The notes under the pieces were generated by a model. It was not told the DNA's origin and made no database searches. It saw only the letters and a list, made by a program, of their open reading frames with translations. Below are positions 8,057 through 17,288 of a stretch of 62,835 bases of DNA, piece by piece (the first letter of the stretch is position 1; each line of letters opens with the position of its first letter). The stretch spans positions 1 through 62,835 of the forward strand of contig MHMH01000021.1 of NCBI GenBank assembly GCA_001819335.1, in the 5' to 3' direction. A program made the position numbers and the translations under genes. This stretch comes from Candidatus Nealsonbacteria bacterium RIFCSPLOWO2_01_FULL_43_32. Its GTDB lineage: Bacteria > Patescibacteriota > Minisyncoccia > Minisyncoccales > MHMH01.

Positions 8057-8913
8057 GAGATTTTTTGAATTTCTTCTTCAAGTTTAATCCCAAATTTATT
8101 TTTAACTTCTTTTTTTGCCAAATTAATCAACTTTAAAACATCTTTGGCTTTAGCTCCGCCGCAATTAACGATGAAATTGGCGTGAAGTTGGGAAATTTGG
8201 GCCTCGCCGATTTGTTTTCCTTTCAATCCGGCTTTTTCAATCAAATCCCTGGCCCTAACATGCTTAAAATTTTTAAAAATGCTACCGGCCGAAGGGTTAA
8301 AAGGGTGATGAGACTTTCTATGATCTAAAATCTCCCGCGTTCTCTCTTTGATTTTTTCTTTGTTTTCTTTCTTCAATTTTAACTTGCATGACAAAACAAT
8401 GAAATTGGGATTTTTTTTAAAAATGCTTGACCGATATGAAAATTGACATTTTTTATTATTAAAATTTTTAATTTTGAGATTTCGGGCATCTAGGGCTTTC
8501 ACCATCATAACAATATCTTTCATTTCCGAATCAAAGGCTCCGGCGTTGCCTCTGACCGCTCCGCCCAATGTTGCCCCGGGAATGCCGCTAACCCACTCCA
8601 GACCGGATAACCCAGCGTTAGCAGCAGTATTCACAAGCTTTGCCAAGCTTACGCCCGCTTCAGCGATAATTTTTGTAGTTTGTAGTTTGTAGTTTGTAGT
8701 TTGTAGTTTGATGACTAATCCGTTAAATCCTTTATCGGAAATCAAAAGGTTGCTCCCGCCGCCTAAAATAAAAAAGGGCAACCTGGCTTTCTTTGAAAAA
8801 ATGATTGCCTCAATTAAATCTGTTTTGTTTTTGACGATACAAAAATATCTGGCCGGGCCGCCAATCTTAAAGGTTGTATAATTTTTCAATAAAATATTTT
8901 TCTGAAATCTCAT
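8053..8913 (-). CDS. murB: UDP-N-acetylenolpyruvoylglucosamine reductase
   Basis: 286 aa. FAD-binding N-terminus YTTFKIGGPARYF, ILGGGSNLL, and C-terminal SAGSIFKN...GEAQISQLHANFIVN. Confidence 0.9.
   Translation of the reverse strand: MRFQKNILLKNYTTFKIGGPARYFCIVKNKTDLIEAIIFSKKARLPFFILGGGSNLLISDKGFNGLVIKLQTTNYKLQTTKIIAEAGVSLAKLVNTAANAGLSGLEWVSGIPGATLGGAVRGNAGAFDSEMKDIVMMVKALDARNLKIKNFNNKKCQFSYRSSIFKKNPNFIVLSCKLKLKKENKEKIKERTREILDHRKSHHPFNPSAGSIFKNFKHVRARDLIEKAGLKGKQIGEAQISQLHANFIVNCGGAKAKDVLKLINLAKKEVKNKFGIKLEEEIQKIS
8672..8710. repeat. Heptanucleotide tandem repeat (TTTGTAG x5 plus TTTG) inside murB
   Basis: Direct reading of 8672-8710. Encodes KLQTTNYKLQTTK with a 21-nt (7-aa) period. Confidence 0.95.
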
Positions 8914-8920
8914 GATAGTC

Positions 8921-8940
8921 GATGAAGTTAGAACTTCATC
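8921..8940 (-). other. 8-bp hairpin ending 7 nt upstream of the murB ATG
   Basis: GATGAAGT-taga-ACTTCATC. Confidence 0.5.
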
Positions 8941-9048
8941 TTCACCTTCGTTCCGCTAAAGCAGAACTCGGTAAATAAAGGGCGGGGAAAAAACCCCAAT
9001 TCATTGAATTTAGTGAGTATCCCCGCCCAATTGCATCATAACAATTAT

Positions 9049-9086
9049 AAAAAAAACGACAAGCCTTGCTTAAGGAAGGCTCGTCG
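9049..9086 (-). terminator. Rho-independent terminator of the 9140-10846 gene
   Basis: Minus strand CGACGAGCCTT-ccttaagc-AAGGCTTGTCG (11 bp, one G-U pair) followed by T8. Confidence 0.85.
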
Positions 9087-9139
9087 TCGAATTGAAGCTT
9101 GCGCTCACTAAATTCTATTTACATCTTAGCAAGCCGACC

Positions 9140-10846
9140 TTACTTTGTCAAGAGCTGATTGATCTTTGCCCTTGTAATGGGACCCGCGAAACCGGTGCCT
9201 TGAATGCCGTATTTTTCTTGGAAACGAACGACGGCGGCTTTGGTCAAAGTAAAGAAATTACCATTAACAATGCCCTCTGGATAAATACCGCTTCCCTGGT
9301 TTTTCAAGAATTCCTGTAAGCATCTGACCTGGATATTGTCTCTCATGCCAAAATAAAGGTTTTGATTAATCGCTAGGCAGGAAGCAGTGCCTCGTAACTG
9401 GGCCAATATTCCTTGCAATTTAATAATGACCGCTTGAATTTCGGTGATACGGGCCAAAAGTTCGGCTCTGTTCATTTGAAAAATTGGCTTTGACAGCGGC
9501 GACAACGAAGGAAGGATTATTTCTTTCTCCTGCTGCGTGGTTGCTGTCCAGGAGAATGTCCGGGACGGCTCAAGACTCGAAAAATCGGCAGTTCTATTTT
9601 GAGCAATGGGGATAATAGTCAGAGCCACAGTTTCCGAACCAAAATCAGGTATGACCATCTCGCCGTTTTGCGTCGTATCCAATGATAAGATATTGATGGA
9701 TGTATCGCCTCCGGCGGTACTTGTGATATAAGGCACTTTGAAAATTATATTGTTGCTCCCTTGGAAATCAACACTAAGCGTTCCCTGCCCGCCGATGAAT
9801 TTATGCCAGTTCCCGGCCCAATCCTTGGTGGTGTTGGTAACCGACAAAACACTTTGGCCGACAAACGGCAGATAGTTGACTAAGGGAGTAACGCGCAGAT
9901 CCTTTAAATTTTCATTGTAATAACAGTATTTTTCTGAAATCTGGCAATTGTTAACTAAAACAGCCACCGTCCAATTAGTAAAAATCTGTGCGAAATCTTC
10001 TTTGAAGCCCTGCTTCGATAAAACAGCATTAATGCTTTGGATGCCGGTTTGCGACATTTTCAAAGAATCGGCCAGAACCTGGACTCCGTAATGGTCAACT
10101 AAATATTGAAGGAATAAGTTGGCCACGCCGTAATCGGCCGGGGCATCGCGCCATTCGGTCAAAGGATCCGATGGTTTGTCTAAGAAATCTTTAACTCTCC
10201 TTTGGAGATTACTGCCTTCGTAGGGCGTGTCATACCCCAATAAAGTAGGGGCGTAATCGGCTCTGGCCTCATTTAACCAAACGTCTTCTGCCACATGGTT
10301 GATTCTGTCTTTCTGGTTAAAAGTAATCAGATGGATAAACTCATGGGCCAAAAAACCTTTAGCATAAGCAGTATTAAGATATTGAGCGTTCAAATAAATC
10401 ATCTCTCGCTCATTGGACTCCGGAAGCTGGACTTTGGGATATTCGTCCGAACTGTCAAAATAACCGCCACTTTCCTTTTTCATCGGGTGCATTAAAACAG
10501 TGACCCTGGTGTCTTTATCAATGCCCGGCGACCACTCCGAACCGAAAGTCCTGGTCAGTTTGGGGTAAATAGCGGTTTCAAACTCTTCGCTCAAGGAAGT
10601 TAATGATTGGTTAAGCTCTGACTGTCGCTCGGCATTTAATTCTCCCCAAAACTTTGTATCAATATACCAATACAGCGTAGGAGAAAGTCGTATTAAGGTA
10701 GCGGTAAGTTCAGTTCTTTGGGAAAGATCATAAGAAGACTCGACATTAAAATTTGTTTGCTGACCCAAAATATCCTGCGCTTTAATAAAAAGGGGCGAAG
10801 AAAGAAAAATAACAGTGATCGCCAGGAATAAATTTTTTTTAGGCAT
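9140..10846 (-). CDS. Secreted putative zinc metallopeptidase with C-terminal peptidoglycan-binding domain
   Basis: 568 aa. Signal peptide MPKKNLFLAITVIFLSSPLFIKA, HExxH motif (LAHEFIHL), and a C-terminal PG_binding_1-like LQEFLKNQG...VVRFQEKYGIQGTGFAGPITRAKIN. Confidence 0.6.
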   Translation of the reverse strand: MPKKNLFLAITVIFLSSPLFIKAQDILGQQTNFNVESSYDLSQRTELTATLIRLSPTLYWYIDTKFWGELNAERQSELNQSLTSLSEEFETAIYPKLTRTFGSEWSPGIDKDTRVTVLMHPMKKESGGYFDSSDEYPKVQLPESNEREMIYLNAQYLNTAYAKGFLAHEFIHLITFNQKDRINHVAEDVWLNEARADYAPTLLGYDTPYEGSNLQRRVKDFLDKPSDPLTEWRDAPADYGVANLFLQYLVDHYGVQVLADSLKMSQTGIQSINAVLSKQGFKEDFAQIFTNWTVAVLVNNCQISEKYCYYNENLKDLRVTPLVNYLPFVGQSVLSVTNTTKDWAGNWHKFIGGQGTLSVDFQGSNNIIFKVPYITSTAGGDTSINILSLDTTQNGEMVIPDFGSETVALTIIPIAQNRTADFSSLEPSRTFSWTATTQQEKEIILPSLSPLSKPIFQMNRAELLARITEIQAVIIKLQGILAQLRGTASCLAINQNLYFGMRDNIQVRCLQEFLKNQGSGIYPEGIVNGNFFTLTKAAVVRFQEKYGIQGTGFAGPITRAKINQLLTK

Positions 10847-10847
10847 T

Positions 10848-13130
10848 TTATTGGGGCAAAGACTTTAAAAATTCTTCAATTTTAGGAGTAAGGTCCGGAC
10901 TAAGCTCTATTACTTTCGCTGCTGCCTCTCTTGCCCTTTCAAATTGACCCAAATTGGCGTAGCTGACCGCTAACGCAGCCCAGACGAGAACTTTATCGGG
11001 GTTTATCTTTATCATCCCCAAATAAAGATCAATTAAATCTTGGTCATTCTTATTAATTAAATTAGGATCTTCGCCTGCTAGTTGATAAATTTCAATCACT
11101 TTTTTGAGATCTTCTTCGTTATCTTTCCAATTATAACCGTTATGTTGAGCGTCGTATGCTTCTTTCAAGGCGAGTTGATAATTACCGGCGATCTTATAAG
11201 CCATAGCTAGATACCAATGCGAATAGCCCAGTTTAGGCTCCAAATCAACGGCTTTTTGCAAAAGCGAAAGGGTTTGGGCGATTTCCCCTCGAGCCAATTT
11301 GGCTTCGGCCAGATTCCAGTAACCCTGCTGGTTAGTCGGACTTAACTGGATAGCTTTTTCTAAAATTTGTTCGGCTTTAACAATTTTTTCTTCTTGGCCG
11401 CTAAAACGATACGAACTGATGTAAAGCTCTCCTAAGAAGAGGCGCGGCCGAAAATCCAAATAATTCTGTTTAACGCTTTTTTCCATCTCCGCCTCGGCCA
11501 GATTAAAAGCTTTTTGAAAAGACTCTTTATTTTCTTCGGATATTGATTGATAACCCGCTTTATACATCTTTTGGGTAAATTGTTCTCTCGGTTCATATTT
11601 TTCCATCCAACTCTTTAAAGATTCTTGAAAAAAAGAAGAAGATCCATCTACCTCTTGAGAGCTGACCATTTTAATAACGTAGGCGTTCGCCCGCAACGGC
11701 TGGATGTTGACCGTCCAAAAAACAAATACCGTCGCCCCAATAATAACGAAGGCTAAAACGGGGTTGACCCTTCTTATGGCTGCTGGCCCTGCTGTCTGCT
11801 CTTGGGTCAGAAAGCTCACCAGAGCCAGAACTAAAAAGAAAACCAGATAAGTGTTAATCATATCAAAAACGAATAAATTTTGGAAGAAATAAACCAGCAG
11901 CAGGACGCTCAATCCTAATGGGAAAAAGATATTTCTTTTTTCAACTATTTTCGGCGTAAGGCGTAAAAGTTCATAAATGGCAATGATAAAAATAGCGAGA
12001 TAGCTTAAAAGGCCGACCAAACCAGTCGTCACCAATGTATCTAAAATAATATTATGAACCCGGTCAAACCAAATTTCACTGCCGCATTGGGGCAAAAACA
12101 TACAGGGGTTGAAATATTTACTGAAAACAACAATAAAATTTTCCGGCCCCCAACCCAAAACCGGTTTTTCGAGAAACCCCTTCCAACCGTTTTCCCAGAC
12201 AATGAACCTTGATTTCATCTCGGTTAAGGTACTCGTTATTTCACTCTTGGCGAGGGAAGGTTGGAAAACGGCTAAAACTATACCAGAAATTATCAAAACT
12301 AAAACAATCGCCCACGCTAATCTTTTCAGTATTTTTTTCCGAGAAAAGAACAGAAAACCTAAGCCCAATAAAAATAGTCCTCCGAAAAAAGCAGCAATGG
12401 CTCCCCGGCCTGTCGAATTCAATAAAACCGGCGTCATAATTAATAAAGAGGTTCCGGCGAAAATCTGCCAGAATCCGCCCCAGGCGGATTTCTTGAGAAA
12501 ATTAGAGAGCAATAAAATTATAGCGAAAAATACATCAAAAAGCAGATAAGCGGCCATGAAAGAAGTATTGCCGATGGTGCCCCCGCCCCGCGTTGAAATT
12601 TCTTTGCCCAATAAAATATAAAGACTAAGGATCACCCCGACTATCACCGACACCCCCAGAGCTCTTTCCCATTCTTTTCTTTCTTTAAAGACGCTGCTTA
12701 AAATAATAAAAAGGGCGAAAAGGTGCAACATCGTCAGAATGCCGGTCATTCTTTCATTGGTTGACCAAAAAGACCGCTCCAAGTTGACGCCGGTAAAGGA
12801 AGCTAAAATAAATATTGCCAAATATAAAGCAACGGCAATAGTGAGAGCGTTAATGCGCGGTCGCCAACACCTATTGATTATCACTAAAAAGATATAAGAC
12901 GCTAGAATAATTTCTACAATAATCCGGAAAAAAATAGTCTTGGGAGCGACGAACGGAAAAAAGAATTTCGTGTTGATAATCAGGGGGGTAAATAAAACCA
13001 AATAAGTTCCCCAAGTTATAACGAAAAGACAAACCCTTTCCAACCCGGGTTGATATTGAAATTTTGGCTTTTCTTTTCCGTCCTCGCCGAGACTGCGGCG
13101 GGCAAGTTTTTCTCTTGATTGCTTACCCAT
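10848..13130 (-). CDS. O-antigen ligase/polymerase-like (Wzy_C) membrane protein with C-terminal TPR repeats
   Basis: 760 aa. About 12 TM helices with an NSTGRGAIAAFFGG Wzy_C-like loop, then several TPR units. Confidence 0.75.
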   Translation of the reverse strand: MGKQSREKLARRSLGEDGKEKPKFQYQPGLERVCLFVITWGTYLVLFTPLIINTKFFFPFVAPKTIFFRIIVEIILASYIFLVIINRCWRPRINALTIAVALYLAIFILASFTGVNLERSFWSTNERMTGILTMLHLFALFIILSSVFKERKEWERALGVSVIVGVILSLYILLGKEISTRGGGTIGNTSFMAAYLLFDVFFAIILLLSNFLKKSAWGGFWQIFAGTSLLIMTPVLLNSTGRGAIAAFFGGLFLLGLGFLFFSRKKILKRLAWAIVLVLIISGIVLAVFQPSLAKSEITSTLTEMKSRFIVWENGWKGFLEKPVLGWGPENFIVVFSKYFNPCMFLPQCGSEIWFDRVHNIILDTLVTTGLVGLLSYLAIFIIAIYELLRLTPKIVEKRNIFFPLGLSVLLLVYFFQNLFVFDMINTYLVFFLVLALVSFLTQEQTAGPAAIRRVNPVLAFVIIGATVFVFWTVNIQPLRANAYVIKMVSSQEVDGSSSFFQESLKSWMEKYEPREQFTQKMYKAGYQSISEENKESFQKAFNLAEAEMEKSVKQNYLDFRPRLFLGELYISSYRFSGQEEKIVKAEQILEKAIQLSPTNQQGYWNLAEAKLARGEIAQTLSLLQKAVDLEPKLGYSHWYLAMAYKIAGNYQLALKEAYDAQHNGYNWKDNEEDLKKVIEIYQLAGEDPNLINKNDQDLIDLYLGMIKINPDKVLVWAALAVSYANLGQFERAREAAAKVIELSPDLTPKIEEFLKSLPQ
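13085..13107. repeat. Partial, degenerate copy of the GC-rich repeat (in the N-terminal tail of the ligase-like gene)
   Basis: ctgcggcgggcaag matches the 3' arm cttcggcgggcaag with one mismatch. Translated as LARRSLGEDG, a third reading frame. Confidence 0.5.
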
Positions 13131-13196
13131 ATTTTTTTATTTTACCTTAATTAGAATCGGACGACAAGGGCTCAAAGAAGCTTCGCTTCTTTTCGA

Positions 13197-13228
13197 CTTT
13201 CGCCCCGCTTTGCGGGGCTTGGTGCTTG
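13197..13228. repeat. GC-rich hairpin repeat, intergenic copy
   Basis: ctttcgCCCCGCtttGCGGGGcttggtgcttg: same loop and flanks, with a third compensated stem variant. Confidence 0.6.
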
Positions 13229-13254
13229 ATTTTTTCTGTTCCTTAAACTAAAGT
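13226..13254 (+). promoter_or_regulatory. Weak promoter candidate for the sugar transferase gene
   Basis: TTGATT, 17-nt spacer, TAAAGT, ATG 7 nt downstream. Confidence 0.25.
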
Positions 13255-13261
13255 AAAGAAG

Positions 13262-14560
13262 ATGAGTAATGTCCTAAATTTAAGGAAAATTCTTCTTCTT
13301 TTTGGCGATATTGTTCTTCTTTATTTGGCATTGTTTCTAACAGTCTTTTTTGATTTTCCTCAGCATGTGCTTCCCTTTTCAATTTTATATTTCTTTTGGC
13401 TGATTATTTTTTATATTTTCGGCCTCTACGATCTCGGCGCCATTAGAATCAGGGTGGTTCTGTATCCTAAAATTTTAGGCGCAATTCTTTGCGGGCTTGG
13501 ATTAGGGATGGTCTTTTTCTATTTGGTACCACTTTTTGGAATTACTCCCAAAACCAACCTGCTCTTGAACGTTTTAATCTTCGGGGTTTTATTTCTAATC
13601 TGGCGCAAGCTTTTTGGCTTTTTATTTTCTTCCCGTTTCTTCAACAATGTGGCGATCTTGAGTAGAGACCCGCAAAAAATCGAAACTTTAGCAAAAGAGA
13701 TAGCCCTCCGTCCTTACCTGGGGTATAAATTAACGGCCACTTTTAACGATGGCAAAGACTTGCTTGCCAAAATCCAAGAGAAGAAAATTAACGCGCTGAT
13801 CGTCGCCGAAGATTTTGAAACAGATTTCGATCTATTAGAAAATCTCTATCAATGTTTGGAAGCGAGGATAATCTTTTTAGATTGGAACCAGGCCTACGAA
13901 TTATTTTGCGAAAAAATACCCACCGCCTTTCTGCAGAAAAAATGGTTTTTAGAAAATCTGAAAGAGGGAGAAAGAAAATTTTATGACAAAATAAAAAGAG
14001 GGCAAGATTTGATTTTAGCGACAATTTTACTGATTGCTACGAGCATCTTTTGGCCGTTAATTGTACTTTTGATAAAATTAGGCGATAGGGGTCCTGTAAT
14101 TTATCGCCAAGAAAGAATCGGCAAAGACAGAAAACCGTTTCTCCTCTTTAAGTTCAGGTCGATGAACGTTGATGCGGAAAGCGAAACCGGCCCGGTTTGG
14201 GCTAAAAAAGAAGACCATAGGGTCACGAAAGTCGGAAAACTTTTAAGAAAGATACACCTTGATGAATTACCCCAAATGATTAATGTTTTGAAGGGAGATA
14301 TCAGTTTGGTGGGGCCCAGACCGGAACGCCCCGAGTTTGTCGAAAAATTGGAAAAAGAAATTCCCTACTATCACGTGCGTCACCTCATCAAGCCAGGCTT
14401 CACCGGCTGGGCCCAATTGAAGTTCAGATACGGCCGGTCGGTCGTCGACAGCAAAGAAAAGTTTCAATATGACTTATATTATATGAAAAACAGGAGTCTT
14501 TTTTTGGACTTAGGAATTTTGTTAAAAACCTTTCAATTATTTTTTAAAAAAGAGAAATGA
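13262..14560 (+). CDS. Polyprenyl-phosphate glycosylphosphotransferase (bacterial sugar transferase, WbaP/EpsL type)
   Basis: 432 aa. N-terminal TM helices and a C-terminal GPVIYRQERIGKDRKPF.L.KFRSM...LVGPRPERPEF domain. Confidence 0.9.
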   Translation: MSNVLNLRKILLLFGDIVLLYLALFLTVFFDFPQHVLPFSILYFFWLIIFYIFGLYDLGAIRIRVVLYPKILGAILCGLGLGMVFFYLVPLFGITPKTNLLLNVLIFGVLFLIWRKLFGFLFSSRFFNNVAILSRDPQKIETLAKEIALRPYLGYKLTATFNDGKDLLAKIQEKKINALIVAEDFETDFDLLENLYQCLEARIIFLDWNQAYELFCEKIPTAFLQKKWFLENLKEGERKFYDKIKRGQDLILATILLIATSIFWPLIVLLIKLGDRGPVIYRQERIGKDRKPFLLFKFRSMNVDAESETGPVWAKKEDHRVTKVGKLLRKIHLDELPQMINVLKGDISLVGPRPERPEFVEKLEKEIPYYHVRHLIKPGFTGWAQLKFRYGRSVVDSKEKFQYDLYYMKNRSLFLDLGILLKTFQLFFKKEK

Positions 14561-15804
14561 TAAATAAAATTAGAAATCAGATTTACCGACTTCTAAGAAG
14601 TACTCAAAAATACACCAGCACCGATAATGTTTATTTGGCCCGAGGCGGGTTCTGGCTGATCTTGGGGCAGGTTACTGCGGCCGCTACCTCTTTTTTATTA
14701 GCTCTGGCTTTCGCCAATTTACTTCCGAAAGATACCTACGGCAATTACCAATATATAATTTCTTTAGTGGGAACTCTGGGCATCTTTAACCTGACCGGAA
14801 TGAGAATAGCGGTCAGCCAGGCAACTGCCCGGGGGTTGGAAGGCTCTTTTTACACTGGTTTTAAAACCCAATTAAAATGGGGATTTTTGGCGAGTATTGT
14901 GGCTATCGGAGGCGCTCTTTATTATTGGCTTCGAGGCAATATACTTTTGCCCATTCCCCTGCTGCTCATTGCCGTCTTTCTGCCCCTGATGTTAGCTTCT
15001 CGGGTTTATATCGGCCTTTTAGCGGGAAGAAAACTGTTTAACGTCCAGACAAAATACGGCATCATCAATCAGGTTGTCGCGGTCTCTATAATGATTGCCG
15101 TTCTTCTTCTCACTAAAAATCTCCTTTGGCTGGTGACCGCCTATCTTCTGTCCCACACTTTTCTAAATTATTTCCTTTACCTTTTAATTAAGCACCGATT
15201 TCAGCCGAACAAAAAAGAGGATCCTCAAACCATCTCTTACGGGTTTCATATCAGTCTCATGGCGGTTATGAGCAAAGCCGCCTCTTACGCGGATAAAATA
15301 ATACTCTTCACCGTAATCGGTTCTAGCCAGTTGGCTGTTTATTCTTTCGCCATTATTATTCCCGGAGAAATTCAAAAAATCCTGGGGCACATTTTAACCC
15401 TTGCCGCTCCAAAATTAGCCCCGAAATCCCGGGTTGAAATCAAAAAAACCATCATGAAAAAAGTCGGGAAATTGTTTCTCTTAACAGCGGCCTTAGCCAT
15501 ACTCTATATTATCATTGCTCCCTATTTCTATAAAATATTTTTCCCTCAATATTTAGAGTCCGTCCCTTATTCCCAACTGTTTATACTTTCTTTTATCTCT
15601 GTTCCCATGGGCTTGTTGGGCGTCTCCTTCCAAGCTAAAATGATGAAAAAAGAGCTTTATCTGATAAAAATCGCGCCTTTCATTAAAATAGCTCTTTTAG
15701 CTGTGCTCATTCCTTTTTACGGAATCTGGGGAGCGATTATGGCGATCATCGGCGCCGAAGCCATCCAATCGGGTTTGGTTTTATTTTTGTTCAGAAAATT
15801 TTAA
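14557..15804 (+). CDS. Oligosaccharide/polysaccharide flippase (Wzx/PST family)
   Basis: 415 aa, about 12 TM helices. ATGA overlap with the sugar transferase gene. Confidence 0.7.
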   Translation: MINKIRNQIYRLLRSTQKYTSTDNVYLARGGFWLILGQVTAAATSFLLALAFANLLPKDTYGNYQYIISLVGTLGIFNLTGMRIAVSQATARGLEGSFYTGFKTQLKWGFLASIVAIGGALYYWLRGNILLPIPLLLIAVFLPLMLASRVYIGLLAGRKLFNVQTKYGIINQVVAVSIMIAVLLLTKNLLWLVTAYLLSHTFLNYFLYLLIKHRFQPNKKEDPQTISYGFHISLMAVMSKAASYADKIILFTVIGSSQLAVYSFAIIIPGEIQKILGHILTLAAPKLAPKSRVEIKKTIMKKVGKLFLLTAALAILYIIIAPYFYKIFFPQYLESVPYSQLFILSFISVPMGLLGVSFQAKMMKKELYLIKIAPFIKIALLAVLIPFYGIWGAIMAIIGAEAIQSGLVLFLFRKF

Positions 15805-16485
15805 TTTTTGGGCTCTTGCCAAGTCCTCGGGGAAATCGATATCAATAAATTGAGCATCTTTAATATCGTAAGCTTTGACTGTTTCCCCTTTTTGAATAAG
15901 ATGATCAATCACCGTAATAAAAGACGTTTCTAAATTGTCTTTTAATTCGTTCTCCAGTTCTTTGATCAGTTTTTCGGCGCCGTACTCCGAGAACTTGGCA
16001 ATGCCGATAAATTCGCTGTTTTCTTTGGCCAATTTCGCCTTGCTTATTCTTTTAATCAGCCCCGCCTCTTCGATAATCTTTTCCGCCTCTGCCCTTAAAT
16101 CATTTTTCTTGGCAGCCAAACAAATATCTCCCTCTTGCCCCAATAACGCCCCGATGGTCTCGGACTCGAATAAAACATCGGAGTATAAAAACAAAAAACC
16201 GTTTTTTATTTCATTTTTAGCCATCCAGAGACTGGCGGCTATGCCTGAAACATCGTAAAACGGATTGAATAATGTTTTGATACTCTTCTCCCGGCAAAAT
16301 TCTTCCATTTTCTTTGATAAGTAGCCGGTGATAACAACCACGTCCTCAAGCCCGGCTTCTTTTAAAAGCCTAATCTGTTTCTCTAAAATAGTCTCTTCCC
16401 CGATTTTCAGCATTGATTGGGGAGTTTCTTTGGTTAGGGGCAATAATCGGGTTGATTTGCCCGCCGCTAAAATAATTGTTTTCAT
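15781..16485 (-). CDS. LicC-like nucleotidyltransferase (phosphocholine/phosphonate cytidylyltransferase family)
   Basis: 234 aa. IILAAGKSTRLLPLTKETPQSMLKIG...YSDVLFE...FIDIDFPEDL. Confidence 0.7.
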   Translation of the reverse strand: MKTIILAAGKSTRLLPLTKETPQSMLKIGEETILEKQIRLLKEAGLEDVVVITGYLSKKMEEFCREKSIKTLFNPFYDVSGIAASLWMAKNEIKNGFLFLYSDVLFESETIGALLGQEGDICLAAKKNDLRAEAEKIIEEAGLIKRISKAKLAKENSEFIGIAKFSEYGAEKLIKELENELKDNLETSFITVIDHLIQKGETVKAYDIKDAQFIDIDFPEDLARAQKLKFSEQK

Positions 16486-16496
16486 AAATTTTTTAT

Positions 16497-17288
16497 TTAT
16501 TCTAATCTTTCAATCCTGATTATTTTCTTGCGGACATAGGCGCTGAACCGATCGATGGCCGCCACTCCCAAAACCATAATAATTAAAATAGTCAAAACTT
16601 CCTGATTGCGGAAAAGCCGCATACTGGTGATTAACTCCATACCGATACCGCCCGCTCCCACCAAACCCAAAACCGTGGCGGCTCGGAAATTGTTCTCCAG
16701 ATAATAAAAAGCGTAATTAATGAAAAGCGGCTTAACCTGGGGGAAAATTCCCCTGACAATAACCTGAAATTTATTCGCTCCGGTTGAAACAATCGCTTTG
16801 ATTATTTCGGGATCCACAGTTTCAATCGCTTCGGAAAAGTACCTGCCCAGGGCTCCCGTCACATGAGCGGCCAAAGCTAAAACCCCGGGAAAAGGTCCTA
16901 AACCAACCATTGAGACAAAAATCAATCCCCAAACAATTTCGTTGATTCCCCGGCAAGTGTCAAAAACGCCCCTGACCACATGATAGATGAATCTATTGGA
17001 CGTCACATTTCTCGCCGCGAGAAACGACAAAGGCAGGGCGATTAACGCTCCCAGGGTCGAACCGATAATCGCCATTTGCAGGGTCTCTAAAGCTTTAAGT
17101 AAAAATTTACCCAAGTTGCTGACATCGGGCGGGAACATCCTCGACACGAAATCAATCATAAAAGGAATTCCTTCGATGAAATTAATCGGATTTGTATCCG
17201 TGCCGCTGATCGACCAATAATAAATAACGATTATTGCAAGGCCGATAAGAAGTTTTCGGTATCTGCTTTTAAAAACCAGTTTTGCCAT
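16497..17288 (-). CDS. phnE: Phosphonate ABC transporter permease
   Basis: 263 aa. PhnE-type pattern ETLQMAIIGSTLG...EAIETVD...GANKFQV...P. Confidence 0.88.
   Translation of the reverse strand: MAKLVFKSRYRKLLIGLAIIVIYYWSISGTDTNPINFIEGIPFMIDFVSRMFPPDVSNLGKFLLKALETLQMAIIGSTLGALIALPLSFLAARNVTSNRFIYHVVRGVFDTCRGINEIVWGLIFVSMVGLGPFPGVLALAAHVTGALGRYFSEAIETVDPEIIKAIVSTGANKFQVIVRGIFPQVKPLFINYAFYYLENNFRAATVLGLVGAGGIGMELITSMRLFRNQEVLTILIIMVLGVAAIDRFSAYVRKKIIRIERLE

Noticed and set aside
8672-8710. Possible CRISPR or minisatellite array
   Set aside because: The 7-bp units have no spacers and lie entirely inside murB. This is a simple tandem repeat, not a CRISPR array.
9144-9155. CTCTTGACA-like motif resembling the promoter element
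   Set aside because: It lies in the last codons of the 9140-10846 gene (NQLLTK*) and is followed by a strong terminator. It lacks the phased repeats and has no suitably spaced -10 box.
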